Below are positions 11,491-22,034 of a stretch of DNA of 64,000 nt, in pieces. The notes under the pieces were generated by a model. The model had not been told where the DNA came from and searched no databases. It saw only the letters and a program-made list of their open reading frames with translations. Position numbers and translations under genes: made by a program. The DNA is from a bacterium (GTDB lineage: Bacteria; UBA8248), in assembly GCA_965207065.1 (NCBI GenBank), contig OZ242260.1, forward strand, positions 96,001-160,000, read 5' to 3'. How positions within the stretch are numbered: position 1 is the stretch's first letter; the number at the start of each line of letters is the position of its first letter.

Positions 11491-11811
11491 GGAGTTGGGT
11501 GAAAACGTTTCCAGGACGATAGCGGCCGTAACCCGGAAATGCGTTTCGTCAACTACTCCGTGCCGCTCCTCCTGCGTGGTGGCGGACCATGGCGCCTTGT
11601 CCATGAGCGAAGTTGCCGGGTGGGCGCTCGATCCCGACCCCCGGATGCGCGAGTTTCCATCAGTCGGCTTGCGATATGAGCACGAATTCGATCGAATCAC
11701 GCTCGACCGGCGAACGCCGCTGCGTCTCCGGGAACGTCGCCGCCTCGGGGGCGAGGGGCCACCGAACGCCCCCCTCTCGACCTACGAAAGCTCCTGAACA
11801 TCTTCCTGGCG

Positions 11812-12490
11812 AATCCTCGTGTTGACATGAATGCCGCATGCCGGATTGTGTTTTCTGCCTCTCGTGAAAATCTCACCCTGTATCCGGAATGAACGGGCGG
11901 TCTCGATTGCCACGCTCGAATGACGACACTCCCCCCGGGCGTCCGTCCGCTCACGCCGTGACGGCGGTTACAGGCTGGCCACGGCTTCGTACGCCGTCCC
12001 GACGGGACGGGCCCGGCGCGTTGTTTTCGGGACCATTCAAGTCGACAGAAGAGCCTGGCGCTTCGAGTGCATGAACGGAATAATAATATCCACTTTTTCT
12101 CGTAGAAGACAACAAAATCATCTGCATCTGGTTGGTGGTGAGGCCCACTTCGTCGCCTCCGCCGACGGCCGACAGCAGCGCGAAGGGGTGTGCAAAATTT
12201 GCAATGCATCCGATATCTTTTTGATTACGGGCTTTAAAATGTAGATTTCACGCCATAATATAACAATTATAACGAGATAAATATCAACTAGATATAAGAA
12301 TTCAACGCTATTCCAAAAGAGTCCTCCATCTAAAAAGCCGGAAATTCGCAGGAAAATCCCTTTTTCTATGTAATCAGGAGGACTCACTAAATGATGTTCA
12401 AAGAGAAATCGATAAGCAAGCTTTACGCTTATGCCCTGGCGGCGGTGTTCGCGCTGACGCTGGCCGGCTGCGGCGGCGGCGGCGGAACGG
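11812..12490 (+). repeat. Conserved upstream block, leader and signal-peptide region of A2 (paralog of about 25258-25885)
   Basis: Colinear similarity by eye, e.g. GGATTGTGTTTTCTGCCTCTCG and GATAAATATCAACTAGATATAAGAATTCAACGCTATTCCAAAAGAGTCCTCC occur in both copies. Confidence 0.85.
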
Positions 12491-14076
12491 CCGCCGTTGA
12501 AGAAGAGACGCCCGCCATGCCGACACAGCAGGAAATGTGTGAGGGTGACGGCGGTCGGTATAACGCGGACGGTTCATGCTCCTCTGCCGCGGAAGTTGCC
12601 GAAGAAGGCGCCCTGAGCGATGCGCAGGAAGCCGCCATGATGGCCTATATGAAGGCCAAGGATTATGTAGAAAGCGCGGTGGACCCTGTGGCGATGTCGA
12701 ACGCGTACAAATACGCGGCGATGGCCAAGGAATCTTCCGACGCGGCGGAGATGGCCACGACTTCCGCAATGGCCATGACTCACCAGACAGCGGCCGAGAA
12801 GTACCGTGACATGGCGATGGAAGCTTCCATGATGGACGGCCTGGGAATTACCATGCTCGCGAACAGGCAGTTGAACAAAGCGCCAGAAGATTTGCAGGAA
12901 CAGCCTGACCCGCCGAAACCCATCACGAATGTAAGAAATGTCCACGCCGAGATAAATACTGTTTCTCAGACTACGACTCCGAACAGCGACGGGGCTACCG
13001 TACCTACGGTCGCGGTAACTTACGCCGCAACGGCAACTAAACCAACCTTTACAATTACCGACTATGAGGCTGGCGAATCACCAAAGAGTTTCTCGATGGG
13101 AAGCTTCATGGGAACCGAATTGGTGAACATTGAGACTGATGTAGGTGGAGTGGCCGGAAGAACGAATGTCGTTCTTTATTCAGACAGGGCGCAAACTGAA
13201 TCTGTAACCAATTATGCCGATAGCGGAGACGATTTCGTTGATGTCGGCGCTCTGGTGGGTGGCGCAAATCATGTAACCTCACTGTCAGAGGGACAGATTT
13301 CAGGAGCGATGGGAGATAAGGTAGAGGGCACATATAATACGGATTCGAAAGACAATAACCCGGCTGTATCGGGCGCCTTCTACTGTTCTATGACTCTATG
13401 CACCTTGAACGTAAATTCCAAAGGAATGATAACCGCAAACGTCGGCTATCAATTCCGTCCGGAATCCGGCAAGACAACAAAAGATGATACAAGCTATCTC
13501 ACCTTGGGCTTCTGGCTTACCGCTCCCACCGCCTTGACTGCGGAAGGGGCGGCGCCTGGCGGTATCGTGGCAGGCGCTTTTGGGATGGGGCAAGGAACTG
13601 CTGTTGAAATACCGGCCGCGTTAGAAGAAACGGCCACCTATGAAGGTATCGCTACCGGCCTGTATGCAACAAAGGACGGTATCAGCTATTTCAGTGGCGA
13701 CGCCATGCTCGAGGCTAACTTTGGACAGGTAAAGGACCTGGCTGATGATGCTGATGATACTACCGCTGGTTTCCGGGGAAGTGTAAGCGGAAGCATTTCG
13801 AACATCACTGCTGGTGGAATGAAGATGGAAGGTGAGCTCGGCTTGTCTGCTGCGAATATAGCCGGTGATACAACTGGCACATATTCCGGAAATACAAAAG
13901 GCAGCGTAGGAGACAGCAGGTTTGTTGGAAGCTGGAGAGGAACATTCTATGAAGCAGGAAGAGCGACCACTCCAGCCGATTCAAGGTATCCGATGTCTAC
14001 GGCTGGAACGTTCAGCGGTTATGATGAATTCAACAACTCCAGCATCTTGGGCGCTTTCGGCGCGAACAAGCAGTAG
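12391..14076 (+). CDS. Surface lipoprotein family A copy 2 (A2), TbpB-like C-terminal barrel
   Basis: LAGC lipobox plus Gly linker, Ala/Met-rich helical segment, YLTLGFWL, ATYEGIATGLY, GSWRGTFY, C-terminal ILGAFGA. Confidence 0.85.
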   Translation: MMFKEKSISKLYAYALAAVFALTLAGCGGGGGTAAVEEETPAMPTQQEMCEGDGGRYNADGSCSSAAEVAEEGALSDAQEAAMMAYMKAKDYVESAVDPVAMSNAYKYAAMAKESSDAAEMATTSAMAMTHQTAAEKYRDMAMEASMMDGLGITMLANRQLNKAPEDLQEQPDPPKPITNVRNVHAEINTVSQTTTPNSDGATVPTVAVTYAATATKPTFTITDYEAGESPKSFSMGSFMGTELVNIETDVGGVAGRTNVVLYSDRAQTESVTNYADSGDDFVDVGALVGGANHVTSLSEGQISGAMGDKVEGTYNTDSKDNNPAVSGAFYCSMTLCTLNVNSKGMITANVGYQFRPESGKTTKDDTSYLTLGFWLTAPTALTAEGAAPGGIVAGAFGMGQGTAVEIPAALEETATYEGIATGLYATKDGISYFSGDAMLEANFGQVKDLADDADDTTAGFRGSVSGSISNITAGGMKMEGELGLSAANIAGDTTGTYSGNTKGSVGDSRFVGSWRGTFYEAGRATTPADSRYPMSTAGTFSGYDEFNNSSILGAFGANKQ

Positions 14077-14098
14077 AAACAGAGTATAACGCCATCAT

Positions 14099-14127
14099 CG
14101 GCCCCGGGCTCTCTGAGCCCGGGGCCG
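14099..14127 (+). other. GC-rich intergenic hairpin between the A and B genes (also about 27544-27570)
   Basis: CGGCCCCGGGCTC-TCT-GAGCCCGGGGCCG, 13-bp perfect stem, no U-tract. Confidence 0.7.
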
Positions 14128-14216
14128 GGGGTTCTCAAAGCAAACGATTTATTGGACCTGGTTTCAACCGCCCGCCCTCTTCTTTCCCGGAAGGGGACGT
14201 AACCCTCAGGGGGCAA

Positions 14217-15923
14217 GTGATGAAAATGCTCAGATATTCAGGATTGGCGGTACTTGTCGTGTGCATTGCGGCATTTGCCTCCGGTTGCGGCGGTGGCGGT
14301 GGCGGCGGTACTGCGGATGATATGACGACGGTGATGGAATGCCCGCAGGGCAAGATCGGCACGTACCCGGACTGCATGGATCCGCCAAAGACCGATGCTG
14401 ACAGGATAGCCGACGCGAGACGGGAACTTTCAATTATCCTTACGAATGCCCGGGCACGAGCGGGGGCGGCGAGTTCGGCCGCGGCCGCGATACGGACCAA
14501 TGCCGACGCCACGCCCGCTCAAATCACGGACGCCAACAGCGAGAGTAATACGGCGCAAAGCGCCCTGGCGCGTATCGTGAGCGCGAATACTGCGGCAACC
14601 CTGGCCACTACGCCGGCGGAGGCGAATACGGCGCTTACGGACGCGAGAGCGGCTCAAGTCACTCTCAACACATCCGCATCGGCAATATCCAGGATTCAGG
14701 GCGCCGTGCAAGCGGCCGCGAACCGTCGCAGACAACAGGCAGCGAACGAGGCCGTCTTGACGGGCGGGTCCTCGCTCATCAAGCACTTGAGGGACAACAG
14801 GAAAGTATCCGATGCGGTTCTGAGTGGACTAGCGGCCACTTCCCTCGTGGGGGGGGCAACAGGTTCTACTACAGGCACCGCCACTTATCCGTACCACAAA
14901 GGTGACCCCGCAACGCAATATCCAACCCCCAGGAATACAGATAGAGGCGTGCTGGGAGTAACGGTATCGGTCGGTACGACGCCCGTATCGTCGAATAGCC
15001 AGACGGGCAAAATCTCCGGGTCAGGGCGTCTCTCTAAAGGCTTCGACCTGAAAGACGGCGGTAGATTCGCCACTGTCTACACGGATATTACGGTAGACAC
15101 AAGGGTAAGGCAAAAAGATGGGAATACCGCCACAGATACTGCCACAGAGGACACTACTGTAGGGGATACTGACGACGGTATAGACCAGCGGTATCAGTAC
15201 GTCGCCGACGATGATTATCTGCTCGCCGGAATCTGGCTCGATGATGCAACTGCCAGCACTTCCACCCTGATGGCATTTGGGTTCGGGAGTCAGGCTCTAG
15301 CCGCGACTCACGATTTCTGCACCGCTGCTGATGTAACTAACACTACTTCGCTGTCTAGGGCGTGCGGTAATGCGACCGGTAGAAACTTTAACGAGATAGC
15401 CGGATTCGTTGACGAAAATGAGAGCACGGAAGCAACTTACCGCGGGGGTGTGAACGGCGCGTATTTCGCCGGCGGAAAGGCCAGCCATTTCAAGGCGAAT
15501 GTATCGCTCACGGCTACATTTGTGCGCGGAACCGGGACAGATGCTACGGGCAGCAAGATTTCAGGAGAAATCACGGGCATCAGCGCCGGTGGAAGTTCCG
15601 TCACGGGAAGCATTGATTTGAAGGAACAGGCGCTTGGAAATGACATCAGCGGCGCTTTTGGAACTGATGGGGCCGGTGGTGATGCCGCTGGCGTAATAGA
15701 GGGTCACGCCTATACCGGCAGCTGGAAGGGCCAGTTCTTCGGAATGAGAGCCAGGAAACTGACTCCCGTTACAACCGGAACAGTTGCTAATAACGATCGA
15801 ACAACAACGACAACCTACACCCCGGACAAGCCTGGTTCTGTTGCAGGCTCGTTTTACGTCAACAGACAGACGGTTGGCGAAGGAAACGCCGCCTTCATCG
15901 GGGCGTTCGGGGCGCACAGGTAA
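14217..15923 (+). CDS. Surface lipoprotein family B copy 1 (B1), TbpB-like C-terminal barrel
   Basis: ASGC lipobox plus poly-Gly, CPQG..GTYPDC, DYLLAGIWL, ATYRGGVNGAY, GSWKGQFFG, FIGAFGA. Confidence 0.85.
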   Translation: MMKMLRYSGLAVLVVCIAAFASGCGGGGGGGTADDMTTVMECPQGKIGTYPDCMDPPKTDADRIADARRELSIILTNARARAGAASSAAAAIRTNADATPAQITDANSESNTAQSALARIVSANTAATLATTPAEANTALTDARAAQVTLNTSASAISRIQGAVQAAANRRRQQAANEAVLTGGSSLIKHLRDNRKVSDAVLSGLAATSLVGGATGSTTGTATYPYHKGDPATQYPTPRNTDRGVLGVTVSVGTTPVSSNSQTGKISGSGRLSKGFDLKDGGRFATVYTDITVDTRVRQKDGNTATDTATEDTTVGDTDDGIDQRYQYVADDDYLLAGIWLDDATASTSTLMAFGFGSQALAATHDFCTAADVTNTTSLSRACGNATGRNFNEIAGFVDENESTEATYRGGVNGAYFAGGKASHFKANVSLTATFVRGTGTDATGSKISGEITGISAGGSSVTGSIDLKEQALGNDISGAFGTDGAGGDAAGVIEGHAYTGSWKGQFFGMRARKLTPVTTGTVANNDRTTTTTYTPDKPGSVAGSFYVNRQTVGEGNAAFIGAFGAHR

Positions 15924-15990
15924 CGAAGAAAAACGCCTCAGACCCCCGGGTGTAAGCTCCCAGGCCTGAGCGAAAGAAGGAGAGCGAAAA

Positions 15991-16093
15991 GGGGGTTGCC
16001 CGTTGGTTGCTTCCCTCGTGATGAAGCAAACTGTACCGTTCCTCGTCATGAGTTTGAGTCCTCGGACCGGGAACGGGAGTAACGGGCAGCCCC
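15991..16093 (+). ncRNA. Putative three-way-junction structured RNA, copy 1 (C4-antisense-like architecture)
   Basis: Closing stem GGGGTTGCCCGTT/AACGGGCAGCCCC, two internal stems, compensatory changes versus the copies at 20755 and 29375. Confidence 0.7.
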
Positions 16094-16133
16094 TGTTCTT
16101 CTTATACGCGATTCGTAAGTGCTTGATATATGA

Positions 16134-16193
16134 GAAAAAGGGACCTCCCTCTCTCCCAGGATCGACTGAAATTGAGAGAGGGCGGTCCCTTTC
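16134..16193. terminator. Probable bidirectional terminator-like hairpin (paralog about 29519-29582)
   Basis: AAAAAGGGACCTCCCTCTCTC...GAGAGAGGGCGGTCCCTTTCTT; stem retained in the second copy. Confidence 0.55.
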
Positions 16194-16755
16194 TTATGTG
16201 GACATCTATCAAGTTATGCGGTCGATGTAGATGCAGGAGTTTTCCGTTCTGGCTACCGTTCTTCGGTGCCGCGTATGCCTTTTCTTGTTCGTGCCTGCCT
16301 GTCGCAAGAGCACGAAAAACCTCCTGGCGGGTTTTCGCATCCCTTACCTCCAGGGAGCATATCATCGCACCATTTGATTCATGGTTTCGAAGCCGACCCT
16401 CTTGAATCGATGAATTTGAAATCAGGCAATTACTGATTCATGTTCCCGCCTTCGTGGGGATGAAGCGGGGAAGCCTGACGATGGATTCACCCGTAAACCC
16501 CACCAAGAAAGCAAATAAAGCTGTTTTCGCCGGGAGGCGATGGCGCACCCGGCGTTCCGGCCCCCCCGGTATCCGGTTCCGGCGGAAAACGCATGGCCTT
16601 GATCGCACGCCTGCGCGCGTCTGTCGTAAAACCGTCGAAATTCCGTTTTCTATCTGGTTGAAATCCTCATATATTCGTCATCCAGGACCACGGGAGCGCC
16701 GGCTGGAAATCCCCGGCGCCGCTCCCGCGACACGCAAGATGGGGAGAGCGACTCT

Positions 16756-17340
16756 TTGGGAATCCGCGCACGAGACAGAAATCGCAACGGCCGGAGGGCC
16801 GTCCTGGATCCGGCCGCGTGGTACCGCTCCTTGTTCTTGGCGGCAGTCTTCGTCGTTTCCTTGTCGGCGCTGGCCTGCGTCGTCGGTCTCGCTCGCGACA
16901 CGACGGGCCATGACTGGCATGCGAGCGGCAAGCTCTTTTGGGCGGAAACACTGCTCGCACTAAACTTCGACCCCAGGACACAGGTCAAATACCGGACGAG
17001 GGAGGGCAAGGAAGTGACTATCGCCCGCGGCGACCTCACGTTCAGCGGCGAAGCACTGCTGGCGCGGGACCGTCTCCTACACACGGCGAAGCGGTCCGCC
17101 GAACTTGGCGCCTGGTGCGGCATCGGCGGCGCGCTGATATGCCTGGCGCTGGTCTGGTGTCATGAGGCCGAACGCGGCGAGCGGCACACGCCGCAGGAGC
17201 CTCGCAGGATGAGGCCGGACTCGGGTTCACCGACGCCCGCGGCCACGGCGCACGTTCGCGCACCGGCGGACCGGCCGAAGGGACCGGATGCTCCGCGGCC
17301 TAGGAAACCCCGTCCTGCGGGTACGGACCGCAGGACGGCG
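16756..17340 (+). pseudogene. Membrane protein fragment resembling a conjugative coupling-protein (TraD-like) N-terminus
   Basis: Two TM segments around HDWHASGKLFWAETLLALNFDPRTQVKYRT; no ATPase domain follows. Confidence 0.4.
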
Positions 17341-17349
17341 GCCCCAGGC

Positions 17350-17830
17350 TCACCCGACGGTGGAGCTTCGCATCTGCGATACCTGCCCGCGCCTCGAGGA
17401 CGCCGCGAGCATCATCGCCCTCTACGCCTCCCTGATCCGGTGGCTGGCGCGCCTGGACGGCGAGGGCCGCCTGCCGCCCGAGCCGCCCACGGAGATCATC
17501 GCCGAGAACCGCTGGCTCGCCCAGCGGTACGGTGTGCTGGCCTTTCTCGGCGACATGGACCTTGGAGGGCGGGTGGACATCGAGGACTACGCAACGGAAC
17601 TGATCGAGAAACTCACCCCCGACGCCCGGGCGCTGGCGTGTGAGGATCAAATGCGCCACGCGCTCACCATCATCCGGGAGGGCAGCAGCGCAGACCGGCA
17701 AGTCGATCATTTCCGTCTTTGCCGCCTGAATGGCGAAAGCCGCGAAGAGGCCATGCGCTCCGTGGTGGATATGGTGCTCGCCGAAACCCGGGGGAGGGTG
17801 TCCTCTGAACGCCCGGACGGCTCGAGGTGA
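17350..17830 (+). pseudogene. Carboxylate-amine ligase (YbdK/GCS2 family) C-terminal fragment
   Basis: HPTVELRICDTCPRLED...ENRWLAQRYG...IIREGSSADRQ; N-terminal half absent. Confidence 0.75.
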
Positions 17831-18105
17831 AACGGAGGCCTCCCGCAGAGCGCACTCCGGTTTCCGTTCCGATAGAAACAAATCACTCTAAATGGGGTCC
17901 GAACGGCGAGGGGATCGGCGTAAACGCCGGCGGGCGGATGGATTCCATGTGAGCGATGTTCACGAGTCGCCCGTCAGGACAGGCGCTTCAAATCCGGTGA
18001 TCATCCAGGGCCGGGTGGAAAGCATGGTTTGTGATCCCCATTTTCTATTATGGGATATCCGGTGGCAAGCGGCTAGGATTGCGATTTCATGAGCGGGTCA
18101 TTGGG

Positions 18106-18279
18106 ATGAGAATCCTGGGACGGATCATGTGTCTTGCCGCGGCGCCTTTTCTGCTTGCGGGATGTGTGATCACTACCGGCCTGGGAGGGGCCGTGGGCGG
18201 AGCGCTGGCGATTTATCGCGCCCTGGAGATTACAGTCGTGACAGGCAAGGCGTTGTCGCCCAGGGAGCAGTCGGGCTAA
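18106..18279 (+). CDS. Small putative lipoprotein
   Basis: MRILGRIMCLAAAPFLLAGC lipobox, Gly-rich tail. Confidence 0.4.
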   Translation: MRILGRIMCLAAAPFLLAGCVITTGLGGAVGGALAIYRALEITVVTGKALSPREQSG

Positions 18280-19824
18280 GACGCCCGGTACGGTGAAATC
18301 GCGGAATGGGGCGAACCGCAAAGAATCGGCTGTTTTTCCGGGCCGGAAAGGCAAAAAGCCACGGCGAGCGGTGAATTCCTCGCACTGGAGATCGGGCGAA
18401 AAACACGCATGTTCCTGACGAATGCGAACGCTCGGGGTTGCCGGATTAGGCACCAGGGTGGAGCCCGCTCCATCGAACTCGGCGCGCCGACTCAAGCGTC
18501 ATTCGTTAACGTTTGCCGCGACCCCGTCTCCGGCCGTGATCATGCGTTGGTTCTCACGTCCGTCGGCGTACGATCGAGCGTCCAGGTCTGGTCCGTCGAA
18601 CCTGCGACGTAAACCCCGGTTTTTCTGTTTTCGGAGGATTTGGCGACAGTGAAGGATCGGGCCGGCGACGAATGGGGAATGGAGCGTCTGGTCGCTGCTG
18701 ACGGGGCCTGCCTCTGGAGAGGCCTGCGAGCCGCACGCAAGACCACCAGCGCCGCTATATCCGTCCTGGGCGTAGGCCGAGTGAATCGAGGTTCCGATGG
18801 AGGGGTCGTCCGTATTGCCGACACGCGGGATTCCGGCCGCGACGGCTCCGAAGAAAAAACGGTCTATGCCGACGACGCTGGGAGAAGCTCCTGGCGCATC
18901 GTCCAGGCGTTCGGCTCGGCCTCGTGCGAAACGGCGGAGGTGGTTCTCGTGCTGGACCGCCGCAGGAGTGCCTGGAGGTCGGTGTAAGATTTTGCGCCTG
19001 CGCATTCGAAATGTTTGAATTTTCCCTTGCGGGGCATGGTTGTGAGAGGTGACCGCCTGTTCGCCCGGATATGTGCGGATTGCGAATCGGACGGGCGCCG
19101 GGACTTCGTGATCGATTTATGCTCGTTCACGCTGAAGCGCCTGGATTCGGGAACCAGGCAGCCGGGAGCCGGCCCGACGAGAAATCCGCCGATCCCCGAC
19201 ATCGTCAAGGAGGTTTTCAGGGAATAGTCGATGACCGCCAAGAACGCACCGCACCCAGGCTCCGCCTTCCCGTCTCTTCCTTCGACAAGCCAATCAGAAA
19301 CGACGTCGGAGAAGGCGAGAGGCTTCACACTTCACCTCCCGAGTGGCAAGCAAACGCACGAACGACTCAAACACGCTCGCCGCGGAGGAGAGCAATACCC
19401 TGGACCACGGCGCGTAGTTTAAAGGACATCGATATTCAGAGCCGCAAGCAGCAGATGTATCGTGTCTCGGAGAGTTATGGGGAATTCGACGAATCTGTTC
19501 TTGCGCGTCGATATATACCGCACTTAATGAACGTTTGGTGTTTTGAGGTTCGTCGAGACGGTTCCGGGTCTTAGGTTTGCAGGTTGAATTGCTCCGTGAG
19601 AGTGGCGTTGCGCCACGAAACGGTTGCAGGCCCGATGGCATGAATATGATTTCTTGAAGAGAAAGCTCTCATGCCGGGAGCTTGCCGTACCGGGCCTGAT
19701 TAATGTTTGGAGAAGTTGAGCATATAATAGATAATACCCGGCGAATCGGGGGAACCCTGACGACCACGCCTCCCTGTCGATCCCCGGTTTCCTGTACGGT
19801 GTCACGAATCGAGAGGCCGGCGCA

Positions 19825-20319
19825 ATGAAACCTGTCGTATACATCGAAACATCGGTCATCAGCTATCTCGTTGCGCGTCCCTCACGGGATGTCGTGGTTG
19901 CCGCATATCAGGAAGTGACGCGCGAATGGTGGCGAGTGGCGGCGAGTAGATTCTCACTTGTTGCATCGGAGCTTGTCGTCACGGAATCGGGAGCGGGCGA
20001 TAAAGAAGCTGCCCGTGAGCGTTTGGAGGCGCTAAAGGCCGTTACGCTTCTCAACGTTACCGAGGAAGCCGAGGATTTTACCCGACGTCTGCTTGTTCTT
20101 GGCGCGGTCCCGGGCCAGGCCGCCGTTGACGCCGCGCATATCGCCTTTGCGTCCACGAACGACGCGGATGACCTGATCACGTGGAACTTCCGACATATCG
20201 CCAATGCCGCGATACGCTCAAGAATCGAGCGGGCATGCCGTCAGAACGGCTACCAACCGCCGATTATCTGTACCCCAAGCGAACTGATGGAGGTGGATCA
20301 TGAATCCGATAACGACTGA
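19825..20319 (+). CDS. PIN-domain (VapC-like) toxin
   Basis: VYIETSVISYLVARPSRD, DAAHIA, LITWNFRHIAN, PIICTPSEL. Confidence 0.85.
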   Translation: MKPVVYIETSVISYLVARPSRDVVVAAYQEVTREWWRVAASRFSLVASELVVTESGAGDKEAARERLEALKAVTLLNVTEEAEDFTRRLLVLGAVPGQAAVDAAHIAFASTNDADDLITWNFRHIANAAIRSRIERACRQNGYQPPIICTPSELMEVDHESDND

Positions 20320-20497
20320 CCCCATCATCGCCGAAGTTCGGGCGATTCGTGACGAATACGCTGCCCGGTTCAACTATGATGTGGGTGCGATCTTTCGCGA
20401 CATCAGGGACAGGCAGGAGACTTCCAACCGCAGCTATGTAAACTATCCACCGCGCCGCACAATTGATGAATTTAACGAATCGTCAATTTCAGAATAG
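20300..20497 (+). CDS. Small partner protein of the PIN toxin
   Basis: DPIIAEVRAIRDEYAARFNYDV..IF.D; overlaps the PIN gene. Confidence 0.7.
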   Translation: MNPITTDPIIAEVRAIRDEYAARFNYDVGAIFRDIRDRQETSNRSYVNYPPRRTIDEFNESSISE

Positions 20498-20754
20498 GGT
20501 TTGCTGAAGAATCGGGATAGGGAATGGTTCGTATTCAGGTTCAGGCGGTTTGGCTCACACCGGGGACATGGTGGAATTTGTGCTTGCCACGGGCATCCAG
20601 AGGGTTCTCCAGAGAGCGGCAGGCTGTTAACGGTTGCCTTGATTACATGGACAAAGAAAACTAAATCGTTCTTTAAAATCTACCATCAAGGCGCTGCAAT
20701 GGAAGCAAGGATAGACGCCCTTTAAAAAAAGTAACTGCTTCCGAAAGGTTATTA

Positions 20755-20861
20755 GGGGTTGTCCGTTGGTTGCCTCTACATCGTCGGGAGGTAAATTGTA
20801 CCGTTTTCCTGGTTAAGAGTTTGAGTCCTCTCACCGGGAATCGGGAACAACGGGCAACCCC
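20755..20861 (+). ncRNA. Putative structured RNA, orphan copy
   Basis: Same fold and invariant GAGTTTGAGTCCTC as 15991 and 29375; followed by ACTTTTT. Confidence 0.7.
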
Positions 20862-21061
20862 ACTTTTTGTAGCCGCTTTATAGGAAACCCTCCTGCCAGG
20901 GCGACCTTGAGGAGAAGCGGTGAGTCGCATGTTGAGATCGTCGAACGGCTGCAAATAGGAAAGCTGAACCATTACAAAAAAGGCCTGCTCAAAAAGATCG
21001 AAGATCGCGGAGGCAGTAGCAAGGATCTGATCGAAGCACTCCTCTACAAGCTGTGGCACTC

Positions 21062-21700
21062 CTATTGGGAGAAAGACCGAGCCGCCGATACCGACAGCGA
21101 TACACCGGAGTCGGCCCGCGCTGCATCCGGGTCGGGGAGCAGGTTGCCCGCCAGAATCGCATGAAGGTTGAGCATCGTGTGGCGATTGAAGCCGATGTTC
21201 TCCGCCGAATCAACGAGAAACTCGATTGCTTCATTATGGTTGAGGATCATCTGCGCTTCGTGTCGTTCCTTTCCTTCCGCTTCTTCACCGAGCTCAGGCA
21301 GACGCGTAGTATCGAGCAGAAAATAGGTGTTTCCCTCGAGACGGCTCGAGTTCCAGGCCAGATCGATTAACAGCCAGTTCAAGGTTTTTTTGACGTAGGC
21401 GCCGTCAGGCTGCGCCTCCATCTCCGGCCTTCCAACCTTGTGGAGGTTCGACCGCTCCGTATCTGAGAGACAGAAGGTGTCGTTGGGCCGGTGAGAATTA
21501 AGGAATTCCCGGTTATACCCGACCGGCTTACGTGACTGGTGGGCCGGTGGACATACTTCCGAATCTCGATGCTGGGACCGGAGATTGGCGGCAGGACTTC
21601 GAGACGTGCTCTAGCTGTGGAGTCTCCTGCAGGCACTTGTGGGCCTCCAGCGAAACCGCTCTTGGTACGCCGTAGCGCGCTCAGCGGCCCGAGCCCTTCA
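21062..21700 (-). pseudogene. Fic-family protein remnant
   Basis: VGYNREFL..RPN.TF, LLIDLAWNSSRLEGNTY.LLDT, EAQMILNH.EAIEFLV; the FIC motif region is missing; upstream boundary approximate. Confidence 0.75.
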
Positions 21701-22034
21701 CGAACAGACGATTGGCATCGACGAGAGAGACTTTAGGCGGTATTGCAGGGTAGGCGCGGCGGAGCGGACTTCAGTGCCTCGCTAATGCTGCGCGGTCATG
21801 TCTACTGGATGCCCACGAACGATCTCCTCGATTGCTCGCAGGTTTTCTTCTTGTACATGCCTCTCCACGTTTCTCTCCAAATTGCGCGTATATCTATACA
21901 CACAATTCAAGGCATCTACGCGCAGCTTTGAACTGTACGCGCAAACAATCTGGCGCGTATTCCTATAATGTTACGTGTAGAACACCTGGCGCAGCTTTGG
22001 AATCTGAATCTCTACCGGCAACCCTCGCCCGGGG

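Noticed and set aside
14130-14216. c-di-GMP-I riboswitch in the A-B spacer (GCAAAC word)
   Set aside because: The remaining consensus elements and two-stem architecture could not be matched
16210-16365. Possible HicA fragment (LHLHRPH) on the minus strand
   Set aside because: The similarity rests on one short motif
20497-20515. GGGTTTGCTGAAGAA as an IS end
   Set aside because: No partner end or transposase found
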